Of a stretch of DNA of 64,000 nucleotides, positions 1 to 15,149 are shown piece by piece. Positions within the stretch are counted from its first letter, which is position 1, and each line of letters opens with the position of its first letter. The stretch comes from the human T2T-CHM13v2.0 reference genome, Homo sapiens: assembly GCF_009914755.1 (NCBI RefSeq), contig NC_060927.1. The stretch is one strand, 5' to 3'. Below the pieces are notes generated by a model. It searched no databases and was not told the DNA's origin. It saw only the letters and a list, made by a program, of their open reading frames with translations. Both the position numbers and the translations under genes were made by a program.

Positions 1-710
<710 letters not shown>

Positions 711-744
711 GAACGTGCGGAAAGGCTTATTAATGCTGGTGCAG

Positions 745-930
745 GTATTAGAACAGATCTGGATTCAAATCTTGGCTTCAGTACCTACTAGTTGCATGAC
801 CATTACCCCTTTGAGCCTTTGTTCCCTTGTGCATAAAATAGAAATAAAATCTCAACATTACCATCAGGATTTGTGGTAATATGCATGAAATGCATAACAT
901 ATAATACTCTCTCAATGAATGGTAGCCATA
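745..930 (+). mobile_element. MIR relic
   Basis: gatctggattcaaatcttggcttc...tactagttgcatgacc...caatgaatggtagc resembles the MIR core and 3' end. Confidence 0.55.
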
Positions 931-1139
931 TTTATTTAAAAAACTACCAGATGCTTCTCACCATACAAGAATTTAATAGAAGAAACTCCACTATTAAATA
1001 GGACATTTGATAAAGTGACTTCCAGATTTCCCTCTGAGATTGCTGAAATCTAAAGGAATAAAAATTTCGTTTCCTCTATAAACTATTCTCGGGGCCTCTT
1101 GTCCACTTCCCAGATGCAGTTACAAGGGAATCACTTTTC

Positions 1140-1556
1140 TGGATAGCCAATGGCTATCAGACTGTGCTTTCTGCCCCCCACAGTCCTGCCATCTGATTTT
1201 TCCATGCAGCTCTGGTTGGATTTAAGCAGGACTAGCAGTCTGTCCTGGTGTGTAATGATTGGCTAGACCAGGCGGCTGAGGCCAGGGCAGACTCCCTCCT
1301 TCACATCTGTCAATATACCTGGCTGCAAGCAAGTTGCTGCCTGTGACCACAGTCTGCAGAGGCCAGAGAGAGCAGGAAAGGAAATGGAAAGGAACCTCAC
1401 CTTCATGCTTGGGGAAAAGGAGAAACCTGTGTTAATGTGTCTTCCCAACATCCCACTCTCTTCAGCAATCGCTGGAACAGCCATGGGCCATCCCTGCTGA
1501 GTCAGGAAAGAAGCTGAGGGAAGAGTCGGGATTGAAAAGCAGCAGACAAGGTAGGT
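1140..1556 (+). promoter_or_regulatory. Candidate promoter and non-coding first exon ending at a 5' splice donor (1550/1551)
   Basis: Non-repeat, locally GC-richer segment; CCAAT (agccaat ~1146) and inverted CCAAT (gattgg ~1257); AP-1 TGAGTCA 1498-1504; donor CAAG|GTAGGT; 5-codon uORF in strong Kozak context (GCCATGG, ATG 1483). TSS is inferred, not observed. Confidence 0.45.
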
Positions 1557-3144
1557 GATCTCTCTGGTCACTGGCCCTTCTCTTGTAATAACAAAATGAG
1601 CACCATATACAGCCTCGTCACCAGAGTGTTTCTGAGGAGGGTCTGCTGGAGATATGGTAGACCCGGGTGTGTGTCTGAATTCAGTCATTTTTCTATCAGC
1701 CTGTTCTGGAAAGCAGGCTGTATTTTCCTTCTGTCTTCTATCTCTTCTGAAAATTGTTGTTGCTCCTGTACGTATTTCAGAAACTTGGAAGGTTTTTTAA
1801 AAATTTTTCATTATAACAAATTATATGTGCGATTTATTAAAATGATTTCATTGGTGGTAACTCCACAAGCATGGTTTTGTTCCAGAATTTTTGTTGCATA
1901 ATTTTTTTCAATTTTCAAGACATACCAGAGAGGACAGTGTACATATACTGTAGTATATGGTATAGAATAATATATTCCGAGAAATATACTGTCCATTCAC
2001 AGGGCTGTCAACCTCGTATGATAGGCTCTCCCAGGAAGTCACGTATATTTTTCTGCTTTGGAACCTAGAGAGTTAAAAGTCCTGAAATTACTGGAGCAGA
2101 ATCAAGCCTATTTACCTAAGCTTATCACATCGGCAGCCAGGTCAATCATTTACTGAGACTAGGCCGTTTCTTACCCTGAATCAGGAGGACCACCAAAGCC
2201 TTTGCTGGCCTGAGTCCCTCTGTAGCAAAGGCATGGGCAACACAGAAGAAATGCTCCTCTGAAGCTATAGTCCAGATTCTCTTCTCACCAGAAGTAAGTT
2301 TTTCTCCTTCCGAGAATAGTAAATATCCCAAGACCCCCCTTCCCCAGCTCAATGATAAACAAACATGAGCAAAACTAATATGCAAACCTGATGATACCAA
2401 TGCCACTCTATGTACAAAGCTTGTGGCTTTGGAGGGAGCTTCCCTCATCACTGGAGGTCTATGGGGAAGAAGGAGATGATAACTATGAAACAAGTTATTG
2501 AGTGATTCTTGAGGAAGAATAAAGTTATAAAGTAATCACCAAGGAAAACATGGAAATTTTCCCCTTCAAGTCTATACATTCTAGAAATATGTAATTTTTA
2601 TCTAATATGATTCACTCTTCCTTAAGTCTGAATATAACTCCTCTAATTGCAGAAATGTTGTCATATGGTCACCACATACAACTTTCGGGCCTGTGCAGTG
2701 GTTCCTGGCTCCTATAGTCATTAGTTAGAAGCCTAGTAATGCTGAAGTCCTATTTTTCTGAACTCCCTTTAGGGAAGGAGTTGGGTCATGTAGGACAAGG
2801 TAATGTTTGACATTATTTTTGTCAATCAGTTGTGGAACTGAAGTGACTCCCCTCAGGCAGGGTTTGTGGCTGAATATTTAGTGTCTGAGGCAGTTAACTA
2901 GATGCAAGAGTGGAGGCCATTGTAGACATAAACCCTTGTGTGACTTTGGGTAAGTCTGTGGCTACCTCTCAAGAATGTTGTGGAGAATTATGGAAAACTG
3001 ATACGTTTCTGTGAAGATATTAAGCACTGCAAAATGTTAAGTGTGAATCTGGCTGGTATCCAGAGGATGTTCATAGATAATGCAAGTGATGGAGGTGGTT
3101 TTGACGAGGGAAAAGGATCTTGGGGTGATCAAATGCATTGGCTA

Positions 3145-3283
3145 GGTCGGGCATGGCAACCCATGCCTGTAATCCTAGCACTTTGGAAGGTGAGGCAGAG
3201 GATTGCTTGAAGCCAGGAGTTCAAGACCAGCCTGAGCAACAAAGTGAGCCTCTGTCTCTACAAAAAATTTTTTTTAAAAATTT
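3145..3283 (+). mobile_element. Free left Alu monomer (FLAM-like)
   Basis: Single Alu arm with A-rich tail; TSD atgcattggc(t/c)a at 3133-3144 and 3284-3295. Confidence 0.85.
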
Positions 3284-5239
3284 ATGCATTGGCCATATTT
3301 CCCCACATTACTGAAGGCTGCCTTAGGGACAGACACACAGGTCTGACCTGTCCTTTTTTTGTAGCTTCTGGCTCAGGGCCTAAAACAAACTGGAAGCCCC
3401 TAAGGGTATGTACAGCTTTTTCTTTCCATTTCCTGAATATTGGATAGTAAGTAGAGGGAGACTATTCTTCAGATTGACTAGATTAGAATAGGCATTGTCA
3501 TTGTTTTTCAACGTTAGGTAGTTAGAATATAGAAGTTAATTAATTTGCCCAAAATCATGCAATTAGTCTGAGCCAGGATTCTACTCAGTTCTGCCTTGTT
3601 CCCAACCCAGTGCATTTCCCATAAGGTCGTGGAGTTGACCATGTGGATAAGCATAAATTGGAGGGTCACTGAGGTAAGCAAGGCTGACTAATACAGTCAG
3701 AAGTTCTGAAGTTCTCCACTGGCTCTTGGATGTGCCATGCCTGAGCCTCTGTAACAAAAAGGCCAGTAGTGGACTTCCAAAAAGGATAAAACAGGCAAGA
3801 GCAAAAGCAAGTGTTTTTAGTCATGGCAGTCACTGGAGTCTTCTCTGTCCTGTATATTTTCTAAATAACCCAGATAATCCTCAGGCTAGATCTTTGTCCC
3901 TTTTTATACTGTAGACTCAAATTCTGAGCCCCAACTAAAGTACAACATCTGAACTCTTTCCAGAGAAGAAATGACCCTATCCCAATCTTTCTCAAGGAAC
4001 TCAAGAATTTACTATCTCATCTCAGCAAATACCCACTCATTTAAATCTAAGAGACTTGGGCACAGAGAGGCTTAAAGCCCGAGAAACCATCAACAGTCCC
4101 TCCTGTCAAGGCTCTCACCATCTGCAACCCAAAGAGACCCATGTCGGCTTGGAGTCTAAATGGCTTTTTGGTGTCATTTGAGCAGTGAATGAGTAATGTA
4201 CAGCAGAAGCCTTAATCCGCCCCCCACCCCTAGTTTCACTTTTGTTCAGATATGTCCTAAAGATTCCATTAGCTGTCTGTCATAAATTCCAAAGTAGCCA
4301 CAATTCCTGAGCATTTACAAGATCAAGATAAAGAAATGCCATCATGAAATGAGGTCGACTAAATGTCTTTGAACAAAGGGTTTCTAGTGACTTGCCTCAC
4401 ATGTATCTCAAGTGTGTGATAGCAAAGGCATTACAAATAGAGATTGCATCACCATGTCTACCAGCACCCTTTACTAATCAACTGACCTTGCATGAACTGT
4501 ACTTACATGCCATCATTTTCATTAACCAAAACACTAGGAGAAAGAAAGTTGAAGCTAAAACACAAAGACTCATCACAACATTTCACCTGTGTCAAGTACT
4601 TATTATGACCAAAACATGAACTGCTGCCTTCTTATCTACACTTTTTTTCATTTAATTTTCATAACAAACCTCTGCAACTTGCCCAAGTCACAGAGCTAGT
4701 AAGATGAGGTAAAATTTGAGTTGGGATCTGACTCCAAATCCCATGTTCTTCAGCATTCTGTTCTGGGAAACATACTCACCCAACAGTGTCTACACTGTTC
4801 ACGTTCTAAATGTAGAAGAGTAAAAAAAGTTCTTTCTAAATTATTTGATCAGATCCTTAGAGTATATATTTATTCCCCCTTCCCACTCACACAAGATGTT
4901 CTTGATGTTCTTGAGTGTAAGCATAAAACTCAGTATGACAGTGGTTTTCCTCTCCTCTAGAAAAGGAACCACAAAACACACATGCACACATGCACACACA
5001 CAATAGCAATTGCCCAAGAGTCAGTGCTTTGATTCCTTTCTGAAGCTGAGAGAGAAAATTGTTCTTATCATCTCCTAGTTTATAAACATTGTTTTGTTTG
5101 TTTGAGTGATTGACTTTAACGTAATGTACAAGACAAATTTGTCATTTATTTTACCAAGATTTTTTTAAAAGTTTATTTCTGCAGTGAAATTTCAGTCTTT
5201 GAAATCAGCTAAATTTTTCAAAACTGTCCAGTATGTCAA

Positions 5240-5400
5240 TAGTTGTATTTAATCTTCACCACAGCCCTGTAAGATGAGTACTGTTTTCAGATGATATCCT
5301 TTCAGATAAGGAACCTGAGACTCAATACAGGTGAATGGCCTTCTCAGTCTCACTCAGCTAAGTCCCTTAGATCTTGGGACTCCAAATTTTTTGTTCTTTT
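5240..5400 (-). mobile_element. MIR relic
   Basis: atttaatcttcaccacagccctgtaag...cagataaggaacctgagactca. Confidence 0.6.
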
Positions 5401-7462
5401 TTAAATTAAATATTCACGCAGTTCCCTGGATTCCTAAGTCCTACAAATGGTAGGAATGGGGCCTACAAGCTTTTTATTTAAATTTTCAGAAATTAAAAAT
5501 GCCAAATGACTACACAGCCTGTTCTCAGGCAGAGACCACTCAAATATTGATTGCTTTGCTTTGGGCTAGAATTCTGTCAGGTCAGTGTGGTAATGCTGTT
5601 ATTCTAATTAGATTTTCACAGAGTAATGAAAATAAATACATTAATTGTTACTTAATAAAATCTTCCTTAAAGGCAAAAAATCTTTCAAGCCCATGTGCCC
5701 ATGAGCAAAATAAGATATCAAAGGGGTTCTTGCTAGAAGGATAAGCCACCACTGTCTTCTAATCAGTTGTGTGCCTAGAGAACGGTATACATGAGTAGGG
5801 TCTAGAGACCCCACAGTGTCTTGAGATGCACAAGCCCTCTCTAACCCTGTAATCAGATGGATGTCTCATGAGTCAAACAGTTGCCAAATGGCATGGAACC
5901 TAAGGAAGTCCTTCTACAAATTGAGAATCCATTATTGTAGTTTCAACCCTACAGAAACCAGCTACAGTTACAGGAGGAAACCTTATGCCCTAGGAATTCC
6001 ATTTAAGTCCTAAGATGTTCTGAAGGGTCCGGGAGCCCTGCATCAGCTATGCATCTGGAGGAGATCCAGTGTTTTCTTATCCCTAATGTTTCACTGGGAA
6101 TTGCCCCTGGCTGGCTGCCTGAGTCTCCATCCCATGCGACAGTCATGTTGTCCACATCCTTGCTTTGGTGTTAGTGTGCATCCTCATCATACTTTTTGGT
6201 CCCCATTTCTGTGACTTCTGAGGTTCTAATGATCTTGGTGCAGGAGAACCCATAGTTTTGGGCAATGATCAAGCAGAGTGAATGAAACTTCTGCCCCAGA
6301 CCCACCCAAAACTTGTTCCCCTCCTCTCTACAGTTCCAAGGTCAAGTTTCCCATGAGAGCAGTAAAGGAACTGAAGGTCACAAAATGCTGGCAATTCACC
6401 ATGCCTTGGAGGGGTTCCCAGAAAGTAAAATGAAAATGAGATTGTTTTCACATAAGACCTCTGTATTTGGAGGACAGGATTCAAACAGTTTGAATGTGCA
6501 ATTTCACTGTGCACTGAGGTAACCCCCACAAAGTCTTTTTTTTTTTCAAAAGCCAAAATAATATCAAAAATACTTCCTGCAGAGAACTCTAACTAGGCAG
6601 AATTCTTTTTTGTCATCACTGGGTTGATGTTTTCAAGGATTCATTTCTCAAGATAAGCCTTATATAGTGCATTTGGCTGGAGCTCATGTGTACTTCTGTG
6701 GAATGATGGCTTTCGTCCATGGGGCCTACTTTGTGGTGATCTCATTAGGTTTCACAAGGTAAACAGCTGAAAACTTGTGGTTAGTATGTGAGCAGGCTTC
6801 AAGAGAAGAGAAAACCCAGGAGAGGTCGGCCAGAAGATGTTGCAGTGAATTGGCAGGTGTCAGGCTTCTCTCTGTGACCCAAGGAAAGCCAATACCCCTA
6901 CGAATTCCAAGGAGATGTACTTTTAATTTCAAATACATGTATCCCACAAAATTTAGCTCTGCTTCCTAGCTAGGAATCCTAATCATAGGAAGAGCTAATG
7001 GCTAGACTTCCCAGAATGTGACTGTTCTCTACTCAAATTCATCTCATTTTGCTTTTCTTTGCAAAATGAAAATTCTCCATTTTCCATAAGAATAGTATTG
7101 TTATAGAATACAGTTGTGTTGATAAATTATAGTCCAACAAATTAAACTAAAATAGCCCAACAGAGGCATCCTAGGCCTGACATCATTGTTGTCTTTCTCT
7201 GTGGCTTTATGCCAATTTTTACACATCTTGGGGATGGCTTAGTTTCACATCTTTACTCATCTGCGTTCTAATTTTGGATAACCACAAACATTTATTGATG
7301 GGTTATCCACTCAGTTCAGCAACAATCATCTACTCTTTCCCAGAAGTGTGTTAGACACTGTCTTTGACATAGGATTAAATAATCTTGCCACTTACCAGAG
7401 ATGAGAAGGTTTTAAATTTATCCAGTAGGCCAAACCACAGCTTCTTTAGAGTCCTCTATATT

Positions 7463-7530
7463 TGTGTGTATGTTAGTGTGTGTGTATGTGTGTGTCTGCC
7501 TGTGTGTATGTATCTGTGTGTGTATGTGTA
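7463..7530. repeat. Degenerate (TG)n microsatellite
   Basis: Interrupted TG run seen directly. Confidence 0.8.
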
Positions 7531-8421
7531 CTTTTAATCATTATACAGTACCAAGAAGATAATGGGTTCTCAGTAAATATTTGTTGGTGATACTAAACTA
7601 GTAATCAGCTAGGAATTTAATCAAGAAATTGATTTATAAAAAGAAAACTGGAATTGCTAGGGGAGACTAAAGAAAGAATCAGAAGTGTTAACCATTGGTG
7701 TAGAGGGAATAGGGCATCAAGGGTCTACTTGCTCTTCTGCCAACCCCCAACTGAATGGTACAGCACATAGGAGACCTCGGTTGTGTTTGATTCTGCTACT
7801 ACACACACCAACAGGGCAACTCTGGGCAAGTCACTTCGGCTTTCGTGGCCTCAATTTTCTCATTTTCAAAATGGAGGCAGGGGATTGAGAGTATAACATC
7901 TCTAATGTCTTCTCTAGTTTTGATATTCTGTGTTCTATGAAAAACTAGAAAAGTTTACTTCAGAAAGTTCTTTACGGAAAATACAGAAATAATTTTAATT
8001 TATCTAGGGAGATCATTCCTATCTCTTGGGTAAATAAGGGGAATGAAAAAGCTGCTCAAGAGATCCCAGCTATGCCACCTTGAAGATGTTATAAATTGGT
8101 GAGTCTGGGCATTGATCTTTACTAGAGAAGAAGCCCACTTGGCTGGGAGAGTAAAGAAACCACATCTGAATTCTCTTGTCCAGCACTCAGCTTTGCCACG
8201 CCTGTGTGCCACTAATGCAAGCTCCAGCAGGCAGTCAGTCATGACTATCATTCTCTCTTTATAAATAAACGGAAGCCCTTAAAGGTGACGTGACTTGCCC
8301 AAGGTTACAGAAACATGGCAGTGAGTCAGATGGAACTGTGTGTGTTTGGAGGAGGAGGAGAAGATGACATTATAAACAAAAGGCAGAGAGTGAGGGACAG
8401 ATCCACACCTCTTCTGAATTT

Positions 8422-8422
8422 A

Positions 8423-8453
<31 letters not shown>

Positions 8454-8462
8454 CAAAAAACA
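8422..8462. repeat. (AAAAC)n microsatellite
   Basis: aaaacaaaacaaaac... seen directly. Confidence 0.9.
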
Positions 8463-10354
8463 ATGGTCACAGGCTACAGAAAAGCTTTGAGTCTGCTCTG
8501 AATCCTGAGATCACCCCTGTCTCCCTGCCTCTCCCTGAGCCACCCCAGGCACCCTGCCCAGGTTTACTCACCCAGGTTGTTGCTAACTGGGTGCCTGTGC
8601 TCGTGTCCCTTCTTGTAAGCTTCATAAAAGGCTATTTGTAATGAAGAGAGGGCATATCAAAGAAGGGAGACTGCATCCTCCAGGCCCCGAACCAAAAAGG
8701 CAGGTTTTTTTTTAAGAGGAAGTCTGGTTTCCCTATTAAAATCTGCAGAAATGAATGGTCCTCAAGATGACTAGCAGAATTATGACATTCTATTTCAAGC
8801 ATTTTAAAAATTTTTTTTTACCTGAGGTTATTTTACTTCTCTTTGCTCTCCTTCTCCACATAAAAAGGAAAGAATAATGCTTGCTCACTATGATACTGTA
8901 TGAGAGAAGGCAGCCCGGGCAGTACAACTCAAAGGAACCTACTAATTGCACCAAACAGCAAGGCACAGCTAGACATTTCAGTAAATAAAGTGTGATATCA
9001 TCATGGCTCACACGGGTTTACCTTATCACCCAGACCCATGCCTAGGGAGTGCTAAGACCCTGAAGAACCACAATCACAAGTGATGGCAAAGAACCTCTGG
9101 TCCAAGAAGAAAAACGCTGAAAGAAATTGGACATCAATGATCTTATGTCTCAGTTGCATTTAGAGGCTGCATCACTTTGCTGCCTATTATTGTCCTCATT
9201 AAATATGAGAGAGAGAGAGAGAGAATTAATTAACTATCATCACCAGGGGATATCTGGTAATTTTCGAGGTACATGAAGTGGGCAGACGATGCCATAAATT
9301 CAGTAAGAACACACTGATTTCTTGGCGGAGTCTTCAAGTGACTTTCTGCTTTACTCCACAAAAATCTTACTGAGTATACCCACTTCTCTGTTTCTACTCT
9401 ATTCCTAATATCTAACTAACTTCTTCTTAGGTAGTCTCTTGGGAAGAAGGATAGATAACACGTAACACAATATATAATGCTTAGTTGACTGTCACAACCG
9501 TATTAACTACACTCACTTTTTAGAAGCCACAAAACTAACAATCACCAAAAGTCACTGGCTTGCCCCCCGACCAAATACATTCACTTAAGGTAGGCTAGGA
9601 AGAGGACAGGCTTATGATTCAACCATATAGTATCTCTTAACAAAGTCAGAGAATCAGAACAGCCCATGAGTCCAACAATGATTATCAATGTCAAACTTAA
9701 CTCAAATACAGACCTCAATGCCTCATTTCATGCCCATCAAGTTAAAAAAAAAAAAAAAAGAAACAGTGGGGAGAGGAGAGGGGGGAGAAAAGCTAAAAAC
9801 AAAGAAATATGAACAATGATGACAAGGTGCTGAAACATGGAGACAATCTCACATAGTCCTAATGCTAACCACCAAGTACCAGCTGGCACCTTTACAAGTT
9901 CTCCAATCAGTGAGCACCATTGCTTCTTGAATTGAACTGAATTCCTATTATTGGACTGGATTCTCTAGCACTGCCAGCTTTCTAGCAGGAGAAAAAGAGT
10001 TTCAGAGCATGAGGTAAAATAGAACTCTGTTTTCCTACTTTCAAAAACTCATCTCATACACCTACCCACAGCCCTCACTCATTGATAGTCAAGGAAGTCA
10101 GAGTCCATGGGTCTCCCATCTGTGCCCGAGCACCTGTCTCACAGTGAAAAAGGGAAGAGGGGGCTTATCCAGTAGAGGCTTTCCAGAAGATGCAGAACTG
10201 TTTCTGATAATCCCATGCTTCACTGCCCACTAGGCCAAAAGAGAGGGAGGCAGCATTTTCAACAGAGGAGACTTTCATGCCATAAATCTTCAGGCATTTG
10301 TGGGCACCAAGTGTCTTGCTGTGACTGAGATGGAACTAAAATAATTTACAAGTT

Positions 10355-10414
10355 TGTGTGTGTCCATGTGTGTGTGTGCATGTCTCTGTGTGTGTGTGTG
10401 TCTGTGTGTGTGTG
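10355..10414. repeat. Interrupted (TG)n microsatellite
   Basis: Seen directly. Confidence 0.85.
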
Positions 10415-11148
10415 TTACGTGGAAAGAATTTTAATATGAGAAGGGCATTAAATCAGTTTTGCAACAAGAAAAATCCTTTGTCTGGACTATTTCTGGGTGT
10501 TGGTTACACAAAACCTAAATAGTTGTTTAATTTCTGGAATTAATTAGCAAATATCTGTTTGAAACACTAGTCTTAAAGACTTCTATTGATAGCATACTCT
10601 TTTCTCTAAAATTGCCACAACACATTTTAATCATTTTTAGAAAAGATACACTACAAGATCCTTCAGCATGTAAAAAATTCTTTCATGATGTCTAAACGAA
10701 TCTCAGGCCTGGTTAATTATACTGAACTTCAGATGTCTTCAGGTAATTCTTAGCATGCTGAATTTTATACCCCATTACCAATACATCTTATTTTAGATGG
10801 TGTTATGAGTAAGATTAACCAATAAAATTCAGGTAAACTCATCACTGGATACAGCAGACTGCACATCATTTGGTTAGATTGTATGCTGAGTCTACTCTCC
10901 AAATGTATTTATTCTCCTATTCTGCAGACACATACTCTACACATGTCTGGTTTGGCTTAATATTTGGCTGTTCCCCTAAAGGGATTGGTTGAGGGTCACC
11001 ATATTTTCTCTTTTAACCAGTATCTGATAAAACTCTAACTGGGATACTACTATTCTTCACATGCATTTATATCAAAAGCTATTTACTCCCACTTCCCCCA
11101 GGCCAAAGTCATAATAGCATGTTAGAATCAAATATTTTCCATTGTTCT

Positions 11149-11650
11149 TTTATATATATATATTTTTTATTATACTTTAAATTCTAGGGTACATGTGCAC
11201 AACGTGCAGGTTTGTTACACATGTATACATGTGCCATGTTGGTGTGCTGCACCCATTAACTCGTCATTTACATTAGGTATATCTCCTAATGCTATCTCTC
11301 CCTCCTCCCCCCACCCCACAACAGGCCCCGGTGTGTGATGTTCCCCTTCCTGTGTCCAAGTGTTCTCATTGTTCAATTCCCACCTATGAGTGAGAAAATG
11401 CGGTGTTTGGTTTTTTGTCCTTGCGATAGTTTGCTGAGAATGATGGTTTCCAGCTTCATCCATGTCCCTACAAAGGATATGAACTCGTCCTTTTTTATGG
11501 CTGCATAGTATTCCATGGTGTATATGTGCCACATTTTCTTAATCCAGTCTAAAGTTGTTGGACATTTGGGTTGGTTCCAAGTCTTTGCTCTTGTGAGTAG
11601 TGCTGCAATAAACATACGTGTGCATGTGTCTTTATAGCAGCATGATTTAT
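11149..11650 (-). mobile_element. 5'-truncated L1PA (about PA4-age): 3'UTR plus ORF2 C-terminus
   Basis: Encodes ...[17 protein letters not shown]...[10 protein letters not shown] (ORF2 C-term); TSD atcaaatattttccattgttct at 11127-11148 and 11649-11670. Confidence 0.95.
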
Positions 11651-12779
11651 CAAATATTTTCCATTGTTCTAACATAGATCCAATAAGAAGACATTTATAG
11701 AGTGCCTAACATGTTTGACACCTTGCTAAGGGATATAGATTCAGAGATGAGTAGTTGACAGTTCTGCCCAAAGAAAGATCAACATGATCAACATCTTATA
11801 GAGAAAATGAACCAATAAAGGAGCCAACACAGTATCATATGTAGTCATAACTGAACACAAAGCAGAAAAGTTTCAGACGGGTGCTCCCCAACTACCAAAG
11901 GAGTTGGGGTCCAAGTGGTATTTTAAAGAAAAGAAAATTTGGATTCACAGTCTTCCTCTCTAAAAATCCAGGCTATGAAGAAAAAGCTACTTCCTTTTAG
12001 GAATTTATCTGAATATCCTAAGGAGGTGAAATTACAAGAGTAGAGACAGTTGTGGTAGCCATGGCTAAGGAAGTTTCGATCCCTGGAGAAAGAGGATAAG
12101 AGGAGAGTCTGGGGAGATCCTTTTAACTAAAAGGTAGGAAAAAGAATTCAAACTTTGCCCTGAATCACAGTCTCTGCCTAATTCACATCGTTTGGACTGG
12201 AGACTTAATTTAGAAAAATTCTGTGCAGTCCAGGGCTCGCATGCTCTCCCATACCCTAGGGACTTCTGCCTCGTGGACAAGCTTGTTATAAATCTGATTT
12301 CTACTCAGTTATGAATTGAACTTCATTTTTCCTGGGAGCAACTTTAAACAGGAATAGTGAACAAAGTAAAAATCTAGAGAAGTAGCAGTGAGATCTTCTG
12401 ATGTCAGCAGCTGGCACCAGGTAGGAAGCTCAAGGTTAAAGAATAAACATGACCAACCCAGCCCCCATCCCAATAGCCTACATTAGCATCCAAATCCAAC
12501 TCTCCAATACTACACATTGTAAGCAGAATATAAGTCAGAAGGGTCAGCTTAGTAGCTCTCAACCTAGTCTGGCTGGAAATCCTTCTTAAGTTGGCTTAGG
12601 TAAGCTTTTAGTGTATAAGTGAAAACTTTCATCATCTTAAGCAATTTGCCTGTTTCCTGAAGTAGGGCTAACAAGATGGTTGAATTTTCTGATTCTTTTA
12701 GAAACTCAGATCATAAATCACACTCTTAATGAACAATTTTCATATTGGTTTCATTTTTATCATCCATTGGAAGAATATC

Positions 12780-13470
12780 TATAAAAGTTAATTAGGATAG
12801 ATTTGGCTACCTAAATATTTAAAACTTATTTACAAATGCTTAAACAAAGGTAAAAATAGAAATAGTGAACTGAGAAAGTACATTTGCAACATAAAAAACA
12901 GACGAAAGGTTACTGTTCCTAAAGAGTACTTATAAATCCTTACCAGCTAGAGGCAATAATAGCCCAGTAAAAAGTTGGGCAGAAAATGAACTGACAACTC
13001 ACAAAAGAAGAAAGACTTATGATCTATAATGATATGAAGAAATGTTCAGCCACAGTAACAATGAAATAAAGGCAAATTGAAACAGTAAGGTAGCATTTCA
13101 TTTTTATGAGATTGGCAATAATTGAGTAATATTAGATGTTAATGAGCATGTGGGGAGCAGACCCTTCCGCACATTGCTGCTGGTGGAAGTGTCAATTGCT
13201 ACAACTTCTTTTTTAAGGACAGTTTGTCAAAACATATTTTAAAATGTTTTAACAAATATAACTTTGGATTTATTCACTTCCAGGACTTATTTTTAGAAAA
13301 CAATAATAGCGCAGTGCATAAAAAGTTTCACACAGTACTTAAATATTTTTGTAAGGTTTGTTTATAACAGCAAATTTTGAAAACAACTGAAGTGCTCATC
13401 AGAGAGGACTTAGATATAAACACAAACATACGTGGATACTGTGCAGCCATTTCAAATGATGAGATCCATG
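12780..13470 (+). mobile_element. Ancient L1M (L1ME-like) ORF2 3' fragment
   Basis: Degenerate ORF2-end motifs (aaaagttgggcagaaaatgaactgacaactcacaaaagaagaaa; gatatgaagaaatgttcagcc; tactgtgcagccatt). Confidence 0.6.
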
Positions 13471-13504
13471 TTGCAGTAGTAGCTCCGAGCTACCAGTAGT
13501 AGTT

Positions 13505-13735
13505 CAGTGGCCAATAGATCTGTGTTTAAATTTTAGCTCTATTCATTACTAGCTGTGTGAACTTGGGCAAGTCATTTGACCTCTGTAAGCCTCACTAATC
13601 TCATCTTAAAGAAACGAGGATAACACAACTTCCTATATCTTAACATCAAAGTGAATTATATGAAAGGATGAATGAAAAGCTCTTAGTATACCACCTGACA
13701 CACAGTAAGGGCAGAATAACTGTGAACTATTGTTA
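13505..13735 (+). mobile_element. MIR
   Basis: tactagctgtgtgaacttgggcaagtcatttgacctctgtaagcctca...cctgacacacagtaag. Confidence 0.75.
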
Positions 13736-14325
13736 GTGACAGCCTGTGGATTCAATCCTGCTATGTGAGGAAAATTAAGATGAAAATAGCACTGTCAGTT
13801 TCTGTGCAAGATGGCAAACTAGCTCCATGGCTTTTGATCCTCCCAAGACCTTATTAAAATAAATTTAAAACCAAAAGAATAAGCTCATAACAGAGAAGAA
13901 AGAAGGGGCTATCAATAAATTGCTGGAAGACAGAAAACAAATGGGACAGAGGAACAAAACACAGAGCCAAAATAGTTGCATCTGTAAAGCAATGAAGATA
14001 CTATTTAAAAACCTAAATAAGAAAGTTCTTTTAGTGATTACAATTATTAGTCATAAAAATTAATAGACTGGAAAATTATGTTGAAGCTTTTTGAAATGTA
14101 GAGCAAAATGACATAGGTGGAAATGTGAAAAAACAGATATTAAATAATAACAGTTAAAATTAAGATCACCAACATATACCAAAAGCACTAGAATATTTGC
14201 CAGGCACTGATTTATATTAATTGCACGTGTTATTTCAATCCGTCTTACCAGCAATCCTATGAGGTAGCTAATGATATTATTCTCTCCTAATAGTTGGAGA
14301 GGTTGAAGCATTAAGAAATTAAAAA

Positions 14326-14852
<527 letters not shown>

Positions 14853-15149
14853 TTACAGCCTCAAGCCAGTATCAGTGACTGGAAAGGTATTAAATAAGAA
14901 AAGACTATTATTCTCTAAAGGCAGTTGCAGACAGATATATGGGCAAAAGTTGGATGTGAGGTTTGAAGCAGCTTAACATTTGAGCATCTAGAATCAAGCA
15001 CTTTGGAGTTATGGACTGAGCGAGTCAGTGACAATTCAAGAAACTTTCACTCTTCCAGCCCTTCCAATGCTTATTCCTTCTGTTGAGACACTTCCTACTG
15101 AGAGAACACAGAAAGTCTTTTATTTCCCTGACCAACTCATATAGGTTCC

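Noticed and set aside
1263-1688. 141-aa minus-strand ORF
   Set aside because: No recognisable domain; antisense to the candidate exon; length compatible with chance.
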